From: an uncultured delta proteobacterium
GTDB lineage: Bacteria; Desulfobacterota; Binatia; DP-6
Assembly: GCA_963815115.1 (NCBI GenBank)
Contig: CAWFFN010000009.1
Location: 1,440,001 to 1,504,000, forward strand
Length of the DNA: 64,000 nt
Reading direction: 5' to 3'
Shown in pieces: positions 21,605 through 31,941 of this stretch. The stretch's first letter is position 1. Each line of letters starts with the position of its first letter. The notes beneath the pieces were generated by a model that had not been told where the DNA came from, searched no databases, and was given only the letters and a program-made list of their open reading frames with translations. The position numbers and the translations under genes were made by a program.

Positions 21605-22960
21605 TCACGCCCCGGCCGGGTCCCGCAGGCGGCCGATCTCCCGCGCCACCCCCCGCACCTCGCGCCTGATCTCGACCTCGTCGGCGGTGGTCAGCTCACC
21701 GTCGCGCACGACGACGCGGCCGTCGACCAGGACGGTGCGCACGTCGGCCGCCTCCACGGCGTACGCCAGGTGCGACACGGCGTCGTACAGCGGGACCAGG
21801 TTGTCCTCGTCCAGCTCGACGATCACCACGTCGGCGCGCTTGCCGGGCTCGAGCGACCCGACGAGGTGGTCGAGCTTGAGCGCGCGGGCGCCGCCGATGG
21901 TCGCCATCTCGAGCGCGGCCACTGCGGGGACCGCCAGCGGGTCGAGGCGGACGCCCTTGTGCAGCAGTGCGGCGAGCTGGATCTCGGCCAGCAGGTCGAG
22001 CTCGTTGTTGCTGGCGGCGCCGTCGGTGCCGAGGCCGAGGAGCACGCCGGCGCGCAGCATGTCGGGCACGGGCGCGATGCCGCTGGCGAGCTTCAGGTTG
22101 CTCCGTGGATTGTGCACGACGCCGGTCCGGCTCGCCGCCAGCAGGTCGATCTCCTCGGGGTCCACCCAGACGCAGTGCGCGGCGATGAGGCGCTCGCCGA
22201 GCAGGCCGAGCTCCGCCATGTGGCGCACCGGCGACCGGCCGTAGCGCGTGCGGATGTCGTGATCCTCGTCCCGGGTCTCCGCCAGATGCGTGACGAGCGG
22301 GACGTCGAGCGTCTCGGCCAGCGTGCGGAGCGTGCGATAGAGCTCAGGGCCGACGGTGTACGTGGCGTGCGGCGCGAGCGCCGGCACGATGCGGGGATGC
22401 CCACGCCAGCGTTCCACGAAGCGCTTCGCATAGGCGACGTTCTGATCGACCGTGAGGCCCTGGGGTCCGGTGAAGTCGAAGAAGGCCTGCCCCAGCACGC
22501 CGCGCATACCGAGCTCGTCGACGACCATCGCGACGTCGTCCTCGTAGAAGTACATGTCGCACAGGGTGGTGACGCCCGAGGTCAGCAGCTCGGCCACGCC
22601 GAGGCGGCTGCCGAGGCGGACGGTGTCGGGGTGGATGAACCGCCGCTCGGCGGGCCACACGTGGCGCTCGAGCCAGGTGTGGAGCGGCAGGTCGTCGGCC
22701 AGGCCGCGAAACAGCGTCATCGCGATGTGGGTATGGCCGTCGACGAGGCCGGGGATGACGAGATCGTCCTCGGCCTCGATCACGGTGGGAGCGGTGTGCG
22801 CACGGGCGACGTCGTCGCGCGGCCCCACGGCAACGATGCGGCCGTCACGGATGGCGAGCCCGCCCCGGGGCAGGATCGTGCGGCGCTCGTCCATCGTGAC
22901 GACGATCCCGCCCAGCACGAGCAGATCGGCCGGCACGCCCTGCGGCTGGGGTTCGCTCAT
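21605..22960 (-). CDS. Metal-dependent amidohydrolase, MtaD/SsnA-like (MTA/SAH deaminase family)
   Basis: PGLVDGHTH, CDMYF, APHATYT, HLAET, AHCV, HNPRSNLKLASG, GTDGAASNN. Confidence 0.88.
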   Translation of the reverse strand: MSEPQPQGVPADLLVLGGIVVTMDERRTILPRGGLAIRDGRIVAVGPRDDVARAHTAPTVIEAEDDLVIPGLVDGHTHIAMTLFRGLADDLPLHTWLERHVWPAERRFIHPDTVRLGSRLGVAELLTSGVTTLCDMYFYEDDVAMVVDELGMRGVLGQAFFDFTGPQGLTVDQNVAYAKRFVERWRGHPRIVPALAPHATYTVGPELYRTLRTLAETLDVPLVTHLAETRDEDHDIRTRYGRSPVRHMAELGLLGERLIAAHCVWVDPEEIDLLAASRTGVVHNPRSNLKLASGIAPVPDMLRAGVLLGLGTDGAASNNELDLLAEIQLAALLHKGVRLDPLAVPAVAALEMATIGGARALKLDHLVGSLEPGKRADVVIVELDEDNLVPLYDAVSHLAYAVEAADVRTVLVDGRVVVRDGELTTADEVEIRREVRGVAREIGRLRDPAGA

Positions 22961-23042
22961 TCCGCAGAACCTGATAGCGCACGGTGCTCGCAGGTCAACG
23001 GAGACGGCTGGACTCGGACCATGCCCGTGCTACAGCGCGGTC

Positions 23043-23390
23043 ATGACGTACAAGGGCGGATGCCACTGCGGCCGGATTGCCTTCGAGGTCGAGGGCGACC
23101 TCGCGAAGGTCGTCCAATGCAACTGCTCGATCTGCAGCAAGCGCGGCTACCTGCTCTGGATGCGGGCGCGCGATCAGCTGCGCCTTGCCACCCCGGAGTC
23201 CGACCTCGCCAGCTACACCTTCAAGAGCCACAAGATCAGGCATCACTTCTGCCCGACCTGCGGCTGCGCGCCGTTCGCCGTCGGCAGCGACAAGTCGGGC
23301 GCGGCCACGGCGGCCGTGAACGTGCGCTGCCTGGAAGGCGTCGAGCCACAGGCCCTCGAGGTGATGCCGTTCGACGGCCGCAGCCTCTGA
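23043..23390 (+). CDS. GFA/CENP-V family protein
   Basis: GGCHCG, CNCSICSK, HHFCPTCG, VNVRCL. Confidence 0.9.
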   Translation: MTYKGGCHCGRIAFEVEGDLAKVVQCNCSICSKRGYLLWMRARDQLRLATPESDLASYTFKSHKIRHHFCPTCGCAPFAVGSDKSGAATAAVNVRCLEGVEPQALEVMPFDGRSL

Positions 23391-23458
23391 CCGTGCCCGG
23401 TGGCGTCGGCGGCGCGCGCCGCGCTATACCCAGGGCGTAGGAAGCGAAGGAGACTGCC

Positions 23459-24634
23459 ATGGCAAGCAACGGCATCAAGGACCGCGTCGCGATCGTCGGC
23501 ATGGGCTGCACGCCCTTCGGCGAGCGCTGGGACAAGGGGGCCGACGACCTGCTCGTCGATGCCGCCAGGGACGCGTACCAGTCGGCCGGCATCGACCCCG
23601 AGCAGGTCGACGCGTACTGGCTCGGCACCATGGCCAGCGGGGTCTCCGGGCTCATGCTCTCCGAGGCGCTCAAGATCCCGTACAAGCCGGTCACTCGCCT
23701 GGAGAACATGTGCGCCACTGGCAGCGAGGCCATCCGCAACGCGGCTTACGCCGTCGCCAGCGGCGCCTACGATCTCGTGATGGCGATCGGCGTCGAGAAG
23801 CTCAAGGACTCGGGGTACTCCGGCCTCACCGGGTCGAACCCGCCGAACGACGGCACGCTCTCGAGCATGACCGCGCCGGCGACGTTCTCGTTGCTCGCGC
23901 CCGCGTATGCGAAGAAGTACGGCGTCGACGAGGCGGAGCTCAAGCAGGTGCTCGCCCGCATCGCGTGGAAGAACCACAAGAACGGCGCCAAGAACCCGAA
24001 GGCACAGTTCCGCAAGGAGGTGCCGATCGAGACCATCACGAAGTCGGCGCCCGTCGCCGGCATGCTCGGCATCTTCGACTGCTCGGGCGTGAGCGACGGC
24101 TCCGCGGCGGCGATCCTCTGCCGGGCCGAGGACGCGCACAAGTATTCGAAGCACCCGATCTTCATCAAGGCGCTGTCGTTCGCCGCCGGGCCCGCCGAGG
24201 GCTACTACAGCCAGGACTACGACTTCACGACCTTCCCCGAGGTGGTCGCCAGCTCGCAGGATGCGTACAAGCAGGCCGGGGTGCAGGATCCGCGGAACGA
24301 AGTCAGCATGGCCGAGGTGCACGACTGCTTCACGCCGACCGAGCTCGTGCTGATGGAGGACATGGGCTTCTCGCCGCGCGGGCAGGGCTGGAAGGACGTG
24401 CTGACCGGCCGCTTCGACGGCGACGGGCCCCAGCCGGTGAATCCAGACGGCGGCCTCAAGAGCTTCGGCCACCCGATCGGGGCCAGCGGGCTCCGCATGA
24501 TGTACGAGATGTGGCTCCAGCTGCGCGGCGAGGCCGGTCCGCGCCAGATCAAGGAGCCGAAGCTCGGGCTGACGCACAACCTCGGCGGCGCGCCGGGACG
24601 GTGTGTGAGCTTCGTGTCGATCGTCGGCGGGTAG
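23459..24634 (+). CDS. SCP2-type thiolase / acetyl-CoA acetyltransferase
   Basis: ENMCATGS, SDGSAA, EVHDCF, GHPIGASG, HNLGG; AAGGAG RBS. Confidence 0.9.
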   Translation: MASNGIKDRVAIVGMGCTPFGERWDKGADDLLVDAARDAYQSAGIDPEQVDAYWLGTMASGVSGLMLSEALKIPYKPVTRLENMCATGSEAIRNAAYAVASGAYDLVMAIGVEKLKDSGYSGLTGSNPPNDGTLSSMTAPATFSLLAPAYAKKYGVDEAELKQVLARIAWKNHKNGAKNPKAQFRKEVPIETITKSAPVAGMLGIFDCSGVSDGSAAAILCRAEDAHKYSKHPIFIKALSFAAGPAEGYYSQDYDFTTFPEVVASSQDAYKQAGVQDPRNEVSMAEVHDCFTPTELVLMEDMGFSPRGQGWKDVLTGRFDGDGPQPVNPDGGLKSFGHPIGASGLRMMYEMWLQLRGEAGPRQIKEPKLGLTHNLGGAPGRCVSFVSIVGG

Positions 24635-24676
24635 CGTCCGGAGCTTTCAGCGGCGTAAGGACCTGGCGGCAGCCCC

Positions 24677-25168
24677 TCACGGCACGAGGTTCGTCGTGTA
24701 GTTGTCGAAGCCGTCGAAGTTCTTTCGACGGAAGTTCACGGTTGGACCGCACGAGCCGCCGGAGCAAAGGTGCCCCTCGTTCCAGCACCACTGGAACGCG
24801 GAGTACGGGACCGTGTGCGTATTGGTGTTGCTCGTCCAGACGAGGGTGCCGTCACTCGACTCCGCATAATAGAAGTAGTCACCGGTATTGTCCTGCAAGT
24901 CGCCGCCGTAGACCGTTTTGCAGCCGGCCGGCGCCATGTTCCACCAGCCCCGGATCACCCACGGGTAGCCGGAGTCCCAGCACGAGTCATCGTGGTACAC
25001 GATGGAAACCGACACGGTCTTCGACGTCTTGTTGCAGAACTTCCACCAGGCATGAGCGTTCGAACCGAAGAGCAACGCGAAGGAGACGCAGGTGAGCACG
25101 GCGACCCGGCGTACGCAGGCGTGGCCTCGCGGCGGCGAACAGCCTTCGAGGTGGACTCTCGATGTCAT
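24677..25168 (-). CDS. Secreted DUF1036-like protein
   Basis: Signal ...AHA; FCNKTSKTVSVSIVY, W..RGWWN.APAGCK, YFYYAES. Confidence 0.7.
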   Translation of the reverse strand: MTSRVHLEGCSPPRGHACVRRVAVLTCVSFALLFGSNAHAWWKFCNKTSKTVSVSIVYHDDSCWDSGYPWVIRGWWNMAPAGCKTVYGGDLQDNTGDYFYYAESSDGTLVWTSNTNTHTVPYSAFQWCWNEGHLCSGGSCGPTVNFRRKNFDGFDNYTTNLVP

Positions 25169-25657
25169 GAGTTTCTCCTCTCCTGAGGCTTCATCGACGC
25201 CCCGCGGAGCTGCAGGTTGCCCTGTTGCCTCATGACGAGAGGCGTTCAATCGCACGTCCCCGATGTTCCCTGCAGTGGAACATCGGGGCAGGCGATGCCG
25301 ATCAGGCCGCGAGAAGCTGGGCTTTCCCGCGGACGCGGCCCGCGAGCTGGAGGCACCACGGCAAGGAGCAGCCAGCCCCCGCTACCCGGCGCGATGGCCC
25401 GCTGGAGGCTTCTGTCGGCCGACTATACGACCAAGTCGAAGCCCTATCGTTGGCAGCTCACATGACAGCACCCATTTTAGCTTGACCCTTCGACGGCTCG
25501 GTGATAGCCGCAACTGGTGCGCTGGATGCAGCGGATGCCTCGGGGACCGGTCGGTCGGGTCCGCCATGGCCGCGCGATGCCGTCACGCGGTCCGGCCGGC
25601 GACGGGACGTCTTGCGCCGGGTTGACTCCGCGTACCATCCCTCGCACGGAGCGACGC

Positions 25658-26542
25658 ATGGCGAGGTTCAGGAGCGTGAGCTTGCCGGCCGCGGCACTCG
25701 TGGCAGGCGTGGTGCTCGGCACCGCCTGTGCACCACCGATCCCGACGGGCAAGTTTCACGTGTTGCAGCAGAGCAGTGCCACGGTGCTCGCCACGGCGGA
25801 CCGCGCCTACGACAGCATCGGAACCCTGCAGGCGTTGCGGCTCGTCTACCGAGCCGCCACCGAGCCCCACCCGCTCACCCGAGCGACCTTCCAGCCCGAC
25901 GCGCAAGACAGGAAGACCGATGTCGCGGGGCGCATGCGAGCCCGGCGCGCGGCGCTCGAGACCCTGGTACGCTACTTCGCGGCCCTCGACGCTTTCGCGA
26001 CACGCGACTTCGAAGGTGAGGTCGACGCCGAATCCCAGGAATTTGCGGGAAGCGTGCAGGCGCTCGCCGCCCACGGCGCAAGCGACGCGGAGGCGAGCAA
26101 GATATCGTCCGTCATGGGAACGGTCGTGGACGTGATCGGTCGGGAGATCGTGAAGCGGCGGCGGCTCGACGGGCTGAAGCGCATCATGACCACGGCCCAG
26201 CAGCCCGTCGAAGAGACGTGCGCCTTCGTCGCTTCCGGCAGCGAGCTCGCATCCTTCGCGACGAATGTCCTCGTGACGAACATCCTCGCCCACGCCAACC
26301 AGCTCAGGCCGGAGACCCGCATCGGTCGCCTTCCCGTGGACGAGGCGGTCGGGCAGGCCGTCCGCGAGGCCGACGCGGCGGTGGCCGCGCTCGCGGCGGT
26401 GCGTGCGGCGATGCAGCAGCTGCCGGCGGCCCATGCCGAGGTTCGGCGCAACCTGGACGAGCGGGTCTCACCCGTCGAGGCGCTTCGGGAGCTCGCCGCC
26501 GAGGCCAAGCGCGCGAAGGCGTTCCAGGAGGAGCTGGAGTAG
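25658..26542 (+). CDS. Hypothetical helical lipoprotein
   Basis: MARFRSVSLPAAALVAGVVLGTAC lipobox; GGAG RBS; Ala/Glu-rich helical composition. Confidence 0.65.
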   Translation: MARFRSVSLPAAALVAGVVLGTACAPPIPTGKFHVLQQSSATVLATADRAYDSIGTLQALRLVYRAATEPHPLTRATFQPDAQDRKTDVAGRMRARRAALETLVRYFAALDAFATRDFEGEVDAESQEFAGSVQALAAHGASDAEASKISSVMGTVVDVIGREIVKRRRLDGLKRIMTTAQQPVEETCAFVASGSELASFATNVLVTNILAHANQLRPETRIGRLPVDEAVGQAVREADAAVAALAAVRAAMQQLPAAHAEVRRNLDERVSPVEALRELAAEAKRAKAFQEELE

Positions 26543-26568
26543 CCGTTTGGCATCTCGAAAGGACGTCC

Positions 26569-26886
26569 ATGGCGAATTCTCACGCACTGGCAGAGCGGCT
26601 GGCCGGCCTTGCTTCGCGCGTCAACGACCTGGCCGTCGATAGCACGGGGGCCGCGGCACGGCGCCTCCTCCTACTGCAGGATCGCCTCACCGATCTCGCC
26701 TTGCAGGCCATCGTGGTCGCGCTCGACGAGGAGGAGGCCCGCTACCAGAAGGCCGTCGACGCGCTCACCTCGGCGATCGACAAGATCGACGACGAGACGG
26801 CGGCCGTCGAGCAGGTCGAGCGCGTCATCACCTTCGCCAAGAAGGCGGCCGACCTGGCGGAGGCGGTGATCAAGGCGGCGGCATGA
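26569..26886 (+). CDS. Small helical hypothetical protein
   Basis: AAAGGA RBS then MANSHALAERL...; 105 aa, co-oriented with the lipoprotein. Confidence 0.6.
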   Translation: MANSHALAERLAGLASRVNDLAVDSTGAAARRLLLLQDRLTDLALQAIVVALDEEEARYQKAVDALTSAIDKIDDETAAVEQVERVITFAKKAADLAEAVIKAAA

Positions 26887-26961
26887 GCGTGACGCTCGGC
26901 TCGCGCAGCTCGTCGGGGGCAGCCGAGCCGAGCGGGCGCGCGTACGGGCAGGGTGAGAGCG

Positions 26962-28341
26962 TCAGGGCGTGTATTTGGCCACGAATCCGTCGTACGACTG
27001 GTTCACGAGCCCGTGCGCGTTGGCGAGCGCGCCACCGCCGAGATCGAGCGTGCCCGAGAAGCTGCCGGCGACCAGCACGGCACCCGAGCCGTCCATGGCG
27101 ACGCCGCCCAGGTAGTTGTAGGCTTCCTGTGGACTCCCGAAGCGCAGGGACCAGACATACGTCCCCTGCGGGGATAGCTTCACCACGACCGGATCGTAAC
27201 CACCGCTGATCGGCAGGGGGCCGCCCCCGAAGTCGACCGCATCGACCACGTTGCCGCCCAGTGCCACGTTGCCGTTCCGATCCATGGCGACAGCGGTGGC
27301 AACCTCCTGGAACGCGCTCGCGTTGCCGTAGCGCTGTGACCAGATATGTGCGCCCGATGAGGAAAGCCGCGCGACGTAGATGTCGGGCGCGCCGCTGTTG
27401 GACAGCGGTCCGCCGCCGAAGTCGATCGTTCGGCTGAACTGTCCGGTGACGACGAGGTCTCCGTTCGGACCGGCAGCCACGGCGTTGCCGTAGTCGTCGC
27501 CGGTACCGCCGAAGCGCTTCGACCAGCGATGCTGGCCATCGGCGCTCGCGTACTGTGCGACGAAGACGTCGAGGTCGCCGGTGCTCTTGAGTGCCGCGCC
27601 ACCGAAGGCCGCCGAGCCCGTGAACGTGCCGATGATGGAGACACGGTTCGCATCGTCGACCGCGACCCCGAAAACGCGGTCGACGCCGGAGCCTCCCGCC
27701 GCGCGCGACCACCGATGCGCGCCCGTCGTGGCATCGTACTGCGCCACGAAGACGTCGTCCTGACCCGCGCTGGCGACCGGGCCGCCGCCGAGATCGACAC
27801 TGCCGGCGAAGGTGCCCGCCACGGTCACGTCTCCACTCGCGGTGAGGGCGACGGCGGCGGCCGAGTCGTCATCCGGACTGCCGGCGCGCCGCGACCAGAG
27901 TGGCATTCCCGAGGAGGACAGGCGCACCACGAACACGTCGTAGCCTCCCGCGCTGGTCAGCCGGTTGCTGCCGAAGTCGGTCTGGCCGCTGAAACCGCCT
28001 GCAAGGGACACGCTGCCGCTCCGATCGACGGCCACGGCGGCCGCGAAATCGTTGCCGGTGCCCCCGAATCGGCGGGCCCAGACGAGGGCGCCGCTTGCCC
28101 CCGCGTACTGTGCGACGAAGGCGTCGTTGCCGCCGGCGCTCCTCAGCGTGGCGCCTCCGAAGTCGACGGTCCCGGTGAAGTAGCCCGCGACCACGATGTC
28201 GCCCTTCGGACTGGCCGCGACGGCGCGCACCGTCAGGGTATCGACGAAGGTCGAGCCGCCGAACCGACGTGACCACACATGGAGACAGCCGATCAGGAAG
28301 ACGAGCGCCAGACAGAACAGCTGTACGATCTTCCGGTTCAT
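26962..28341 (-). CDS. Secreted SBBP-like beta-propeller repeat protein
   Basis: MNRKIVQLFCLALVFLIGC; repeated W.RRFGG.G.D....VAVD..G.V.V.G.F.G.VDFGG..L.S.G..D.FV. Confidence 0.8.
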   Translation of the reverse strand: MNRKIVQLFCLALVFLIGCLHVWSRRFGGSTFVDTLTVRAVAASPKGDIVVAGYFTGTVDFGGATLRSAGGNDAFVAQYAGASGALVWARRFGGTGNDFAAAVAVDRSGSVSLAGGFSGQTDFGSNRLTSAGGYDVFVVRLSSSGMPLWSRRAGSPDDDSAAAVALTASGDVTVAGTFAGSVDLGGGPVASAGQDDVFVAQYDATTGAHRWSRAAGGSGVDRVFGVAVDDANRVSIIGTFTGSAAFGGAALKSTGDLDVFVAQYASADGQHRWSKRFGGTGDDYGNAVAAGPNGDLVVTGQFSRTIDFGGGPLSNSGAPDIYVARLSSSGAHIWSQRYGNASAFQEVATAVAMDRNGNVALGGNVVDAVDFGGGPLPISGGYDPVVVKLSPQGTYVWSLRFGSPQEAYNYLGGVAMDGSGAVLVAGSFSGTLDLGGGALANAHGLVNQSYDGFVAKYTP

Positions 28342-28818
28342 GCGATGGTCCCTCCCCACGCGGCACGCAGAAGCCCGGTCCGGGCACGCCGCGTCTCGAA
28401 GGCGGTGAACGGGTACGCTCGTCCACGTCGGGCTCGACGCTGGCCGCGCGACGACTCCGCCCCCCGACTCGTCGCCCCGGACACACGTCGACCCGAGGCG
28501 CGCAGACGAACTCCCGGCTGCACGCCCGTCCCCTCCAGTACTCGCATCCCGGGTCGCCACCAGCCATCACGCTCAGGTGGCGAGCGGGAAGCATGATGAT
28601 GTACCGCTGATCTCGAGTTCGGTGACGGTTAGTCGAAGGCGCGCTCGATGACAATCGGACGAAGGTCGCGCCCGGCGCGCGGCGCTGCAAGGGTTCCCGC
28701 GGTCGCGGTGTGACGCTTCTGCCCGCCCCCCCAGCTTCGCGGGCGGCTCAGCGACGGTGCTCCAGCCCCTGAGCCCCGGGCGTTTGCGCGGCGGCCGCCG
28801 GCACGCTCACGGACACGC

Positions 28819-29526
28819 TCACGGAATGGATACGCAGCGACAACCGGTCAGATCGAAGATGCAGAACTCATCCCGGGAGCAGAAGCCCCGGCACGAAGGG
28901 GCGTCCGCGTCGCCACAGGCCGTCGTCCGGCATTCACAGGCACCGCCCGATGCGACCACGGAGCAGTGACCGCCGTTGCCGCATGTACCCACGCATCTGC
29001 CGTCGCTGAACTCGCAGGAGCGCTGCGCCACGGTCGTGGTCGTCGTGGAGGGACCGCTCGTCGGCGGGCCGGTCGTCGTGGTCGTGGACGAGTCGGTCGT
29101 GGGCACGCACAGCAGCTGGCCCCGCCGGAAGTCGACGATGCGTTGGCCGCCGAACCCATCCGTCCTCTGGACGGCGGGCGGGAATGGCCGCGGGCAGCGT
29201 ATCCGGTAACAGAGGAAGTCGCCGGTCGCACCTGCCGACGGTTCCCCGGGCGGCGTGGGAGTGATGCCGGAGATCTGCGTTCCGAGACATCCGAGCCTCG
29301 CGGGCACCTTCAACCTGCACGATTGCGTGACTCCGCCGTTGGTGACCGTCAATCTGAACGCCTGGTGTCGCGCATGATCCTTCACCGTGTAGCAGGCGAC
29401 AGGACCGCCGATCTGCGCGTGGGCAGGCACGGTCACCGCCAACCCGAGCAGCGCGGCGGCGAGCCGGAGGTCCCGGCCACGGGCGCGCCCTCCGTCCACT
29501 CGAGAAAGCGGCGCACGACTTCGCAT
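28819..29526 (-). CDS. Secreted Cys-rich protein with Thr-rich linker
   Basis: Signal ...PAHA-Q; CY.VK and FLCYRIRC motifs; TTTTT linker; Cys-rich C-terminus. Confidence 0.7.
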   Translation of the reverse strand: MRSRAPLSRVDGGRARGRDLRLAAALLGLAVTVPAHAQIGGPVACYTVKDHARHQAFRLTVTNGGVTQSCRLKVPARLGCLGTQISGITPTPPGEPSAGATGDFLCYRIRCPRPFPPAVQRTDGFGGQRIVDFRRGQLLCVPTTDSSTTTTTGPPTSGPSTTTTTVAQRSCEFSDGRCVGTCGNGGHCSVVASGGACECRTTACGDADAPSCRGFCSRDEFCIFDLTGCRCVSIP

Positions 29527-29830
29527 CCTGCTCTCCATTCTGCGGAAGGAAGCAACTCCCGTGCCGGCCGACACGCCGTCCGAGCCCCTGCTTCTGTACC
29601 GATGTTGCGGATGGTGCTCCGCGATCGCGGCACACGAGTCTACAACCTGGATGCTCGAGGCTCCGTCGCGCAACCACGCGCCGTGTCGACGGGGCGAGGC
29701 GCGGGATCCGATCGCGCGCCAGGGGAAGGGGAGCGAGAATTCCCGGCGTCGTCCCCGGCGCGCGATCGGTGTCCGGCGGTCGAGTGACGAGGAGCCCGGT
29801 CTATGGGCTCCTCGCTCGCACGTGGGACGC

Positions 29831-30652
29831 TCACTCGCAGGTGCACCCGCCGGTGGTGGCCAGACGGAGACACTTGCGGCCTGCGGGACAGCCGCCGTTG
29901 CACGCGGGCGCGCTGCTGCCGCAGGCCTCGAGGCAGCCGCAGGGCGTGTCGGAAGACGACTGGCCGCAGATCTGGGTGACGTTGGGGCAGAAGCCGCCGC
30001 ACGCTGCTCCGGCCGGATTCCCGGTGCACTGCTTCTGGATCGGGACGCAGTCGCATTTGGTCGGACCGGTGGCGAGACACCGCGTCTGCTCGGGGCAGCT
30101 TCCCCCGCACAGGCCGGTGGCGTCGGGCGCCTTGCACGGCTGGAGCGTCGTGCTGGTCGTGCTCGTGGTACTGGTGGTGGTCGGCGTGACGACGGTCTTC
30201 TCGACCGGTGCGCAGAGGATCTGCGGCCGGTTGACGCGGATGTTGCCCTCGAAGCCGAACTGATCCTCGAGATTGACGACGATGCTGCCGCTCTTGAACC
30301 CGGCCAGCTTGGTGCACGCCGGATCGAGACAGGTGCGAGCCGCCATCTTGTAGCACTTGAAGTGCGGCACGGGGCTCGGCTGGATGGGACCGGTCGGACA
30401 GGTGGTGGGGATGCAGACCCCTGCCGCCGATGGCGCGCAGCAGCTCTTCTGGGTCGGCAGGCACAGCAGCGTGGGGCTGAGCTTCACCACCAGCGATCGG
30501 CCGAACTGATCGTCGGTGATGACCCTCTGCGTGATCGCTTTCCCCCTGATCTGGTAGCACTGGAGGTGCGAGTGCCGCGAGTCGAACTGGGCGGAGGCGG
30601 ACGCGGCGAGTAGCAGGGCGACGGCGGTGGTAGCCGGACGTGTGATGGACAT
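29831..30652 (-). CDS. Secreted Cys-rich protein (H..CY / DQFG / LC.P..K repeats)
   Basis: GGAGGAG RBS; signal ...ASA-Q; HLQCYQIR...DDQFG...LCLPTQK, HFKCYK...EDQFG...LCAPVEK; Thr linker; CGG.CP repeats. Confidence 0.75.
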   Translation of the reverse strand: MSITRPATTAVALLLAASASAQFDSRHSHLQCYQIRGKAITQRVITDDQFGRSLVVKLSPTLLCLPTQKSCCAPSAAGVCIPTTCPTGPIQPSPVPHFKCYKMAARTCLDPACTKLAGFKSGSIVVNLEDQFGFEGNIRVNRPQILCAPVEKTVVTPTTTSTTSTTSTTLQPCKAPDATGLCGGSCPEQTRCLATGPTKCDCVPIQKQCTGNPAGAACGGFCPNVTQICGQSSSDTPCGCLEACGSSAPACNGGCPAGRKCLRLATTGGCTCE

Positions 30653-30942
30653 CGATACTCCTCCTGGTTTGACGGACGGGCTTGGGTAGGGCCGTCGGAA
30701 TCCGCGGCGCGCGACGGCGGTCCGCGAACGCGCGGCATTCCGCGTGCTGAACCCCGTGCTGCGGCGTCCGCGGTCGTACGTCATCAGGAGGAACATCCGA
30801 CGGCACGCGTGTTCCATTCTCACGCGGATCGGTGATTGGCCCTCGGGCTTCGGGTCGATCGTGTTCGCCGGCAGAGTGGGCCCGGAGAGGGCCGCGGCGA
30901 TCAGGACGGCGGACTCGGGGTGCAGGCCTGACGCGCCCGCGA

Positions 30943-31833
30943 TCACCCGCCAATGGTGTCGAGTTCGTGCACGGCGTCGGCGGGCAGCTCGATGCCGGCC
31001 CCCGCGACGTTCTCCCGCAAGTGGGCAACCGACGACGTCCCGGGGATGAGAAGGGTGCTGGGCGAGCGGTTCAGGAGCCAGGCGAGCGCGATCTGGAAGG
31101 GTGTGGCGTCGAGCCGGGAGGCGACGCGGTCGAGCACGTCGGATTGCACGGGCTTGAAGCCGCCGAGTGGGAAGAAGGACGTGTAGGCGATGCCCTCGCG
31201 GGCGCACCGGTCGACCAGCTCGTCGTCGGCACGGTTGGCCAGGTTGTAGAAGTTCTGCACGGAGACGATCGGTGCGATCGACTGCGCTTCGGTGAGCTGC
31301 TCCGGCGACACGCCACTGACGCCGAGGTGCCGGATGAGGCCCTGCTGCTGCAGCTCCGCGAGGACGGCGAACGGTTCGGCGATCGAACCGGGTGTGGGCT
31401 CGAAGATTCCTCCGACGCGGAGGTTGACGATATCGAGCGCGTCGAGTCCGAGGCGTTCGAGGTTCTCGTGGACGGCCGTGATCAGTTCCTGGCGGGAGAG
31501 CGCGGGGGGCCAGGACTTGTCGGCGCCACGCCGGGCGCCGACCTTCGTGGCGATGTGCACGCCGTCCGGGTAGGGATGCAGAGCCTCACGGATGAGCTCG
31601 TTGACGATGTAGGGGCCGTAGTAGTCGCTGGTGTCGATGTGAGTGATTCCCAGCTCGACCGCAGCGCGCAGCACCGCGATCGCCTGTTTCCGATCCCGTG
31701 GGGGTCCCCACACCCCGGGACCGGCGAGCTGCATGGCTCCGTAGCCGACGCGGCTGACCGTGAGATCATCGGCGAGCTTCAGGTTCCCGCCCGGGAGCGA
31801 CGTCGGCACGATCGGACCTTTCGTGTCGGGCAT
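30943..31833 (-). CDS. Aldo/keto reductase
   Basis: RVGYGAMQL, HIDTSDYYG, ATKVG, IRHLGVS, SVQNFYN, LIPGTSSVAHLREN. Confidence 0.92.
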   Translation of the reverse strand: MPDTKGPIVPTSLPGGNLKLADDLTVSRVGYGAMQLAGPGVWGPPRDRKQAIAVLRAAVELGITHIDTSDYYGPYIVNELIREALHPYPDGVHIATKVGARRGADKSWPPALSRQELITAVHENLERLGLDALDIVNLRVGGIFEPTPGSIAEPFAVLAELQQQGLIRHLGVSGVSPEQLTEAQSIAPIVSVQNFYNLANRADDELVDRCAREGIAYTSFFPLGGFKPVQSDVLDRVASRLDATPFQIALAWLLNRSPSTLLIPGTSSVAHLRENVAGAGIELPADAVHELDTIGG

Positions 31834-31941
31834 GGCACGAGCGTGCCACGCGCACGCACCCGAGGCGATCCCCTCACGACGGCTGGCGGAGTCTCGTCCT
31901 GTTGGCCACACGTCCCGCGTGCGCTAGGCTCCCCCACGCGC

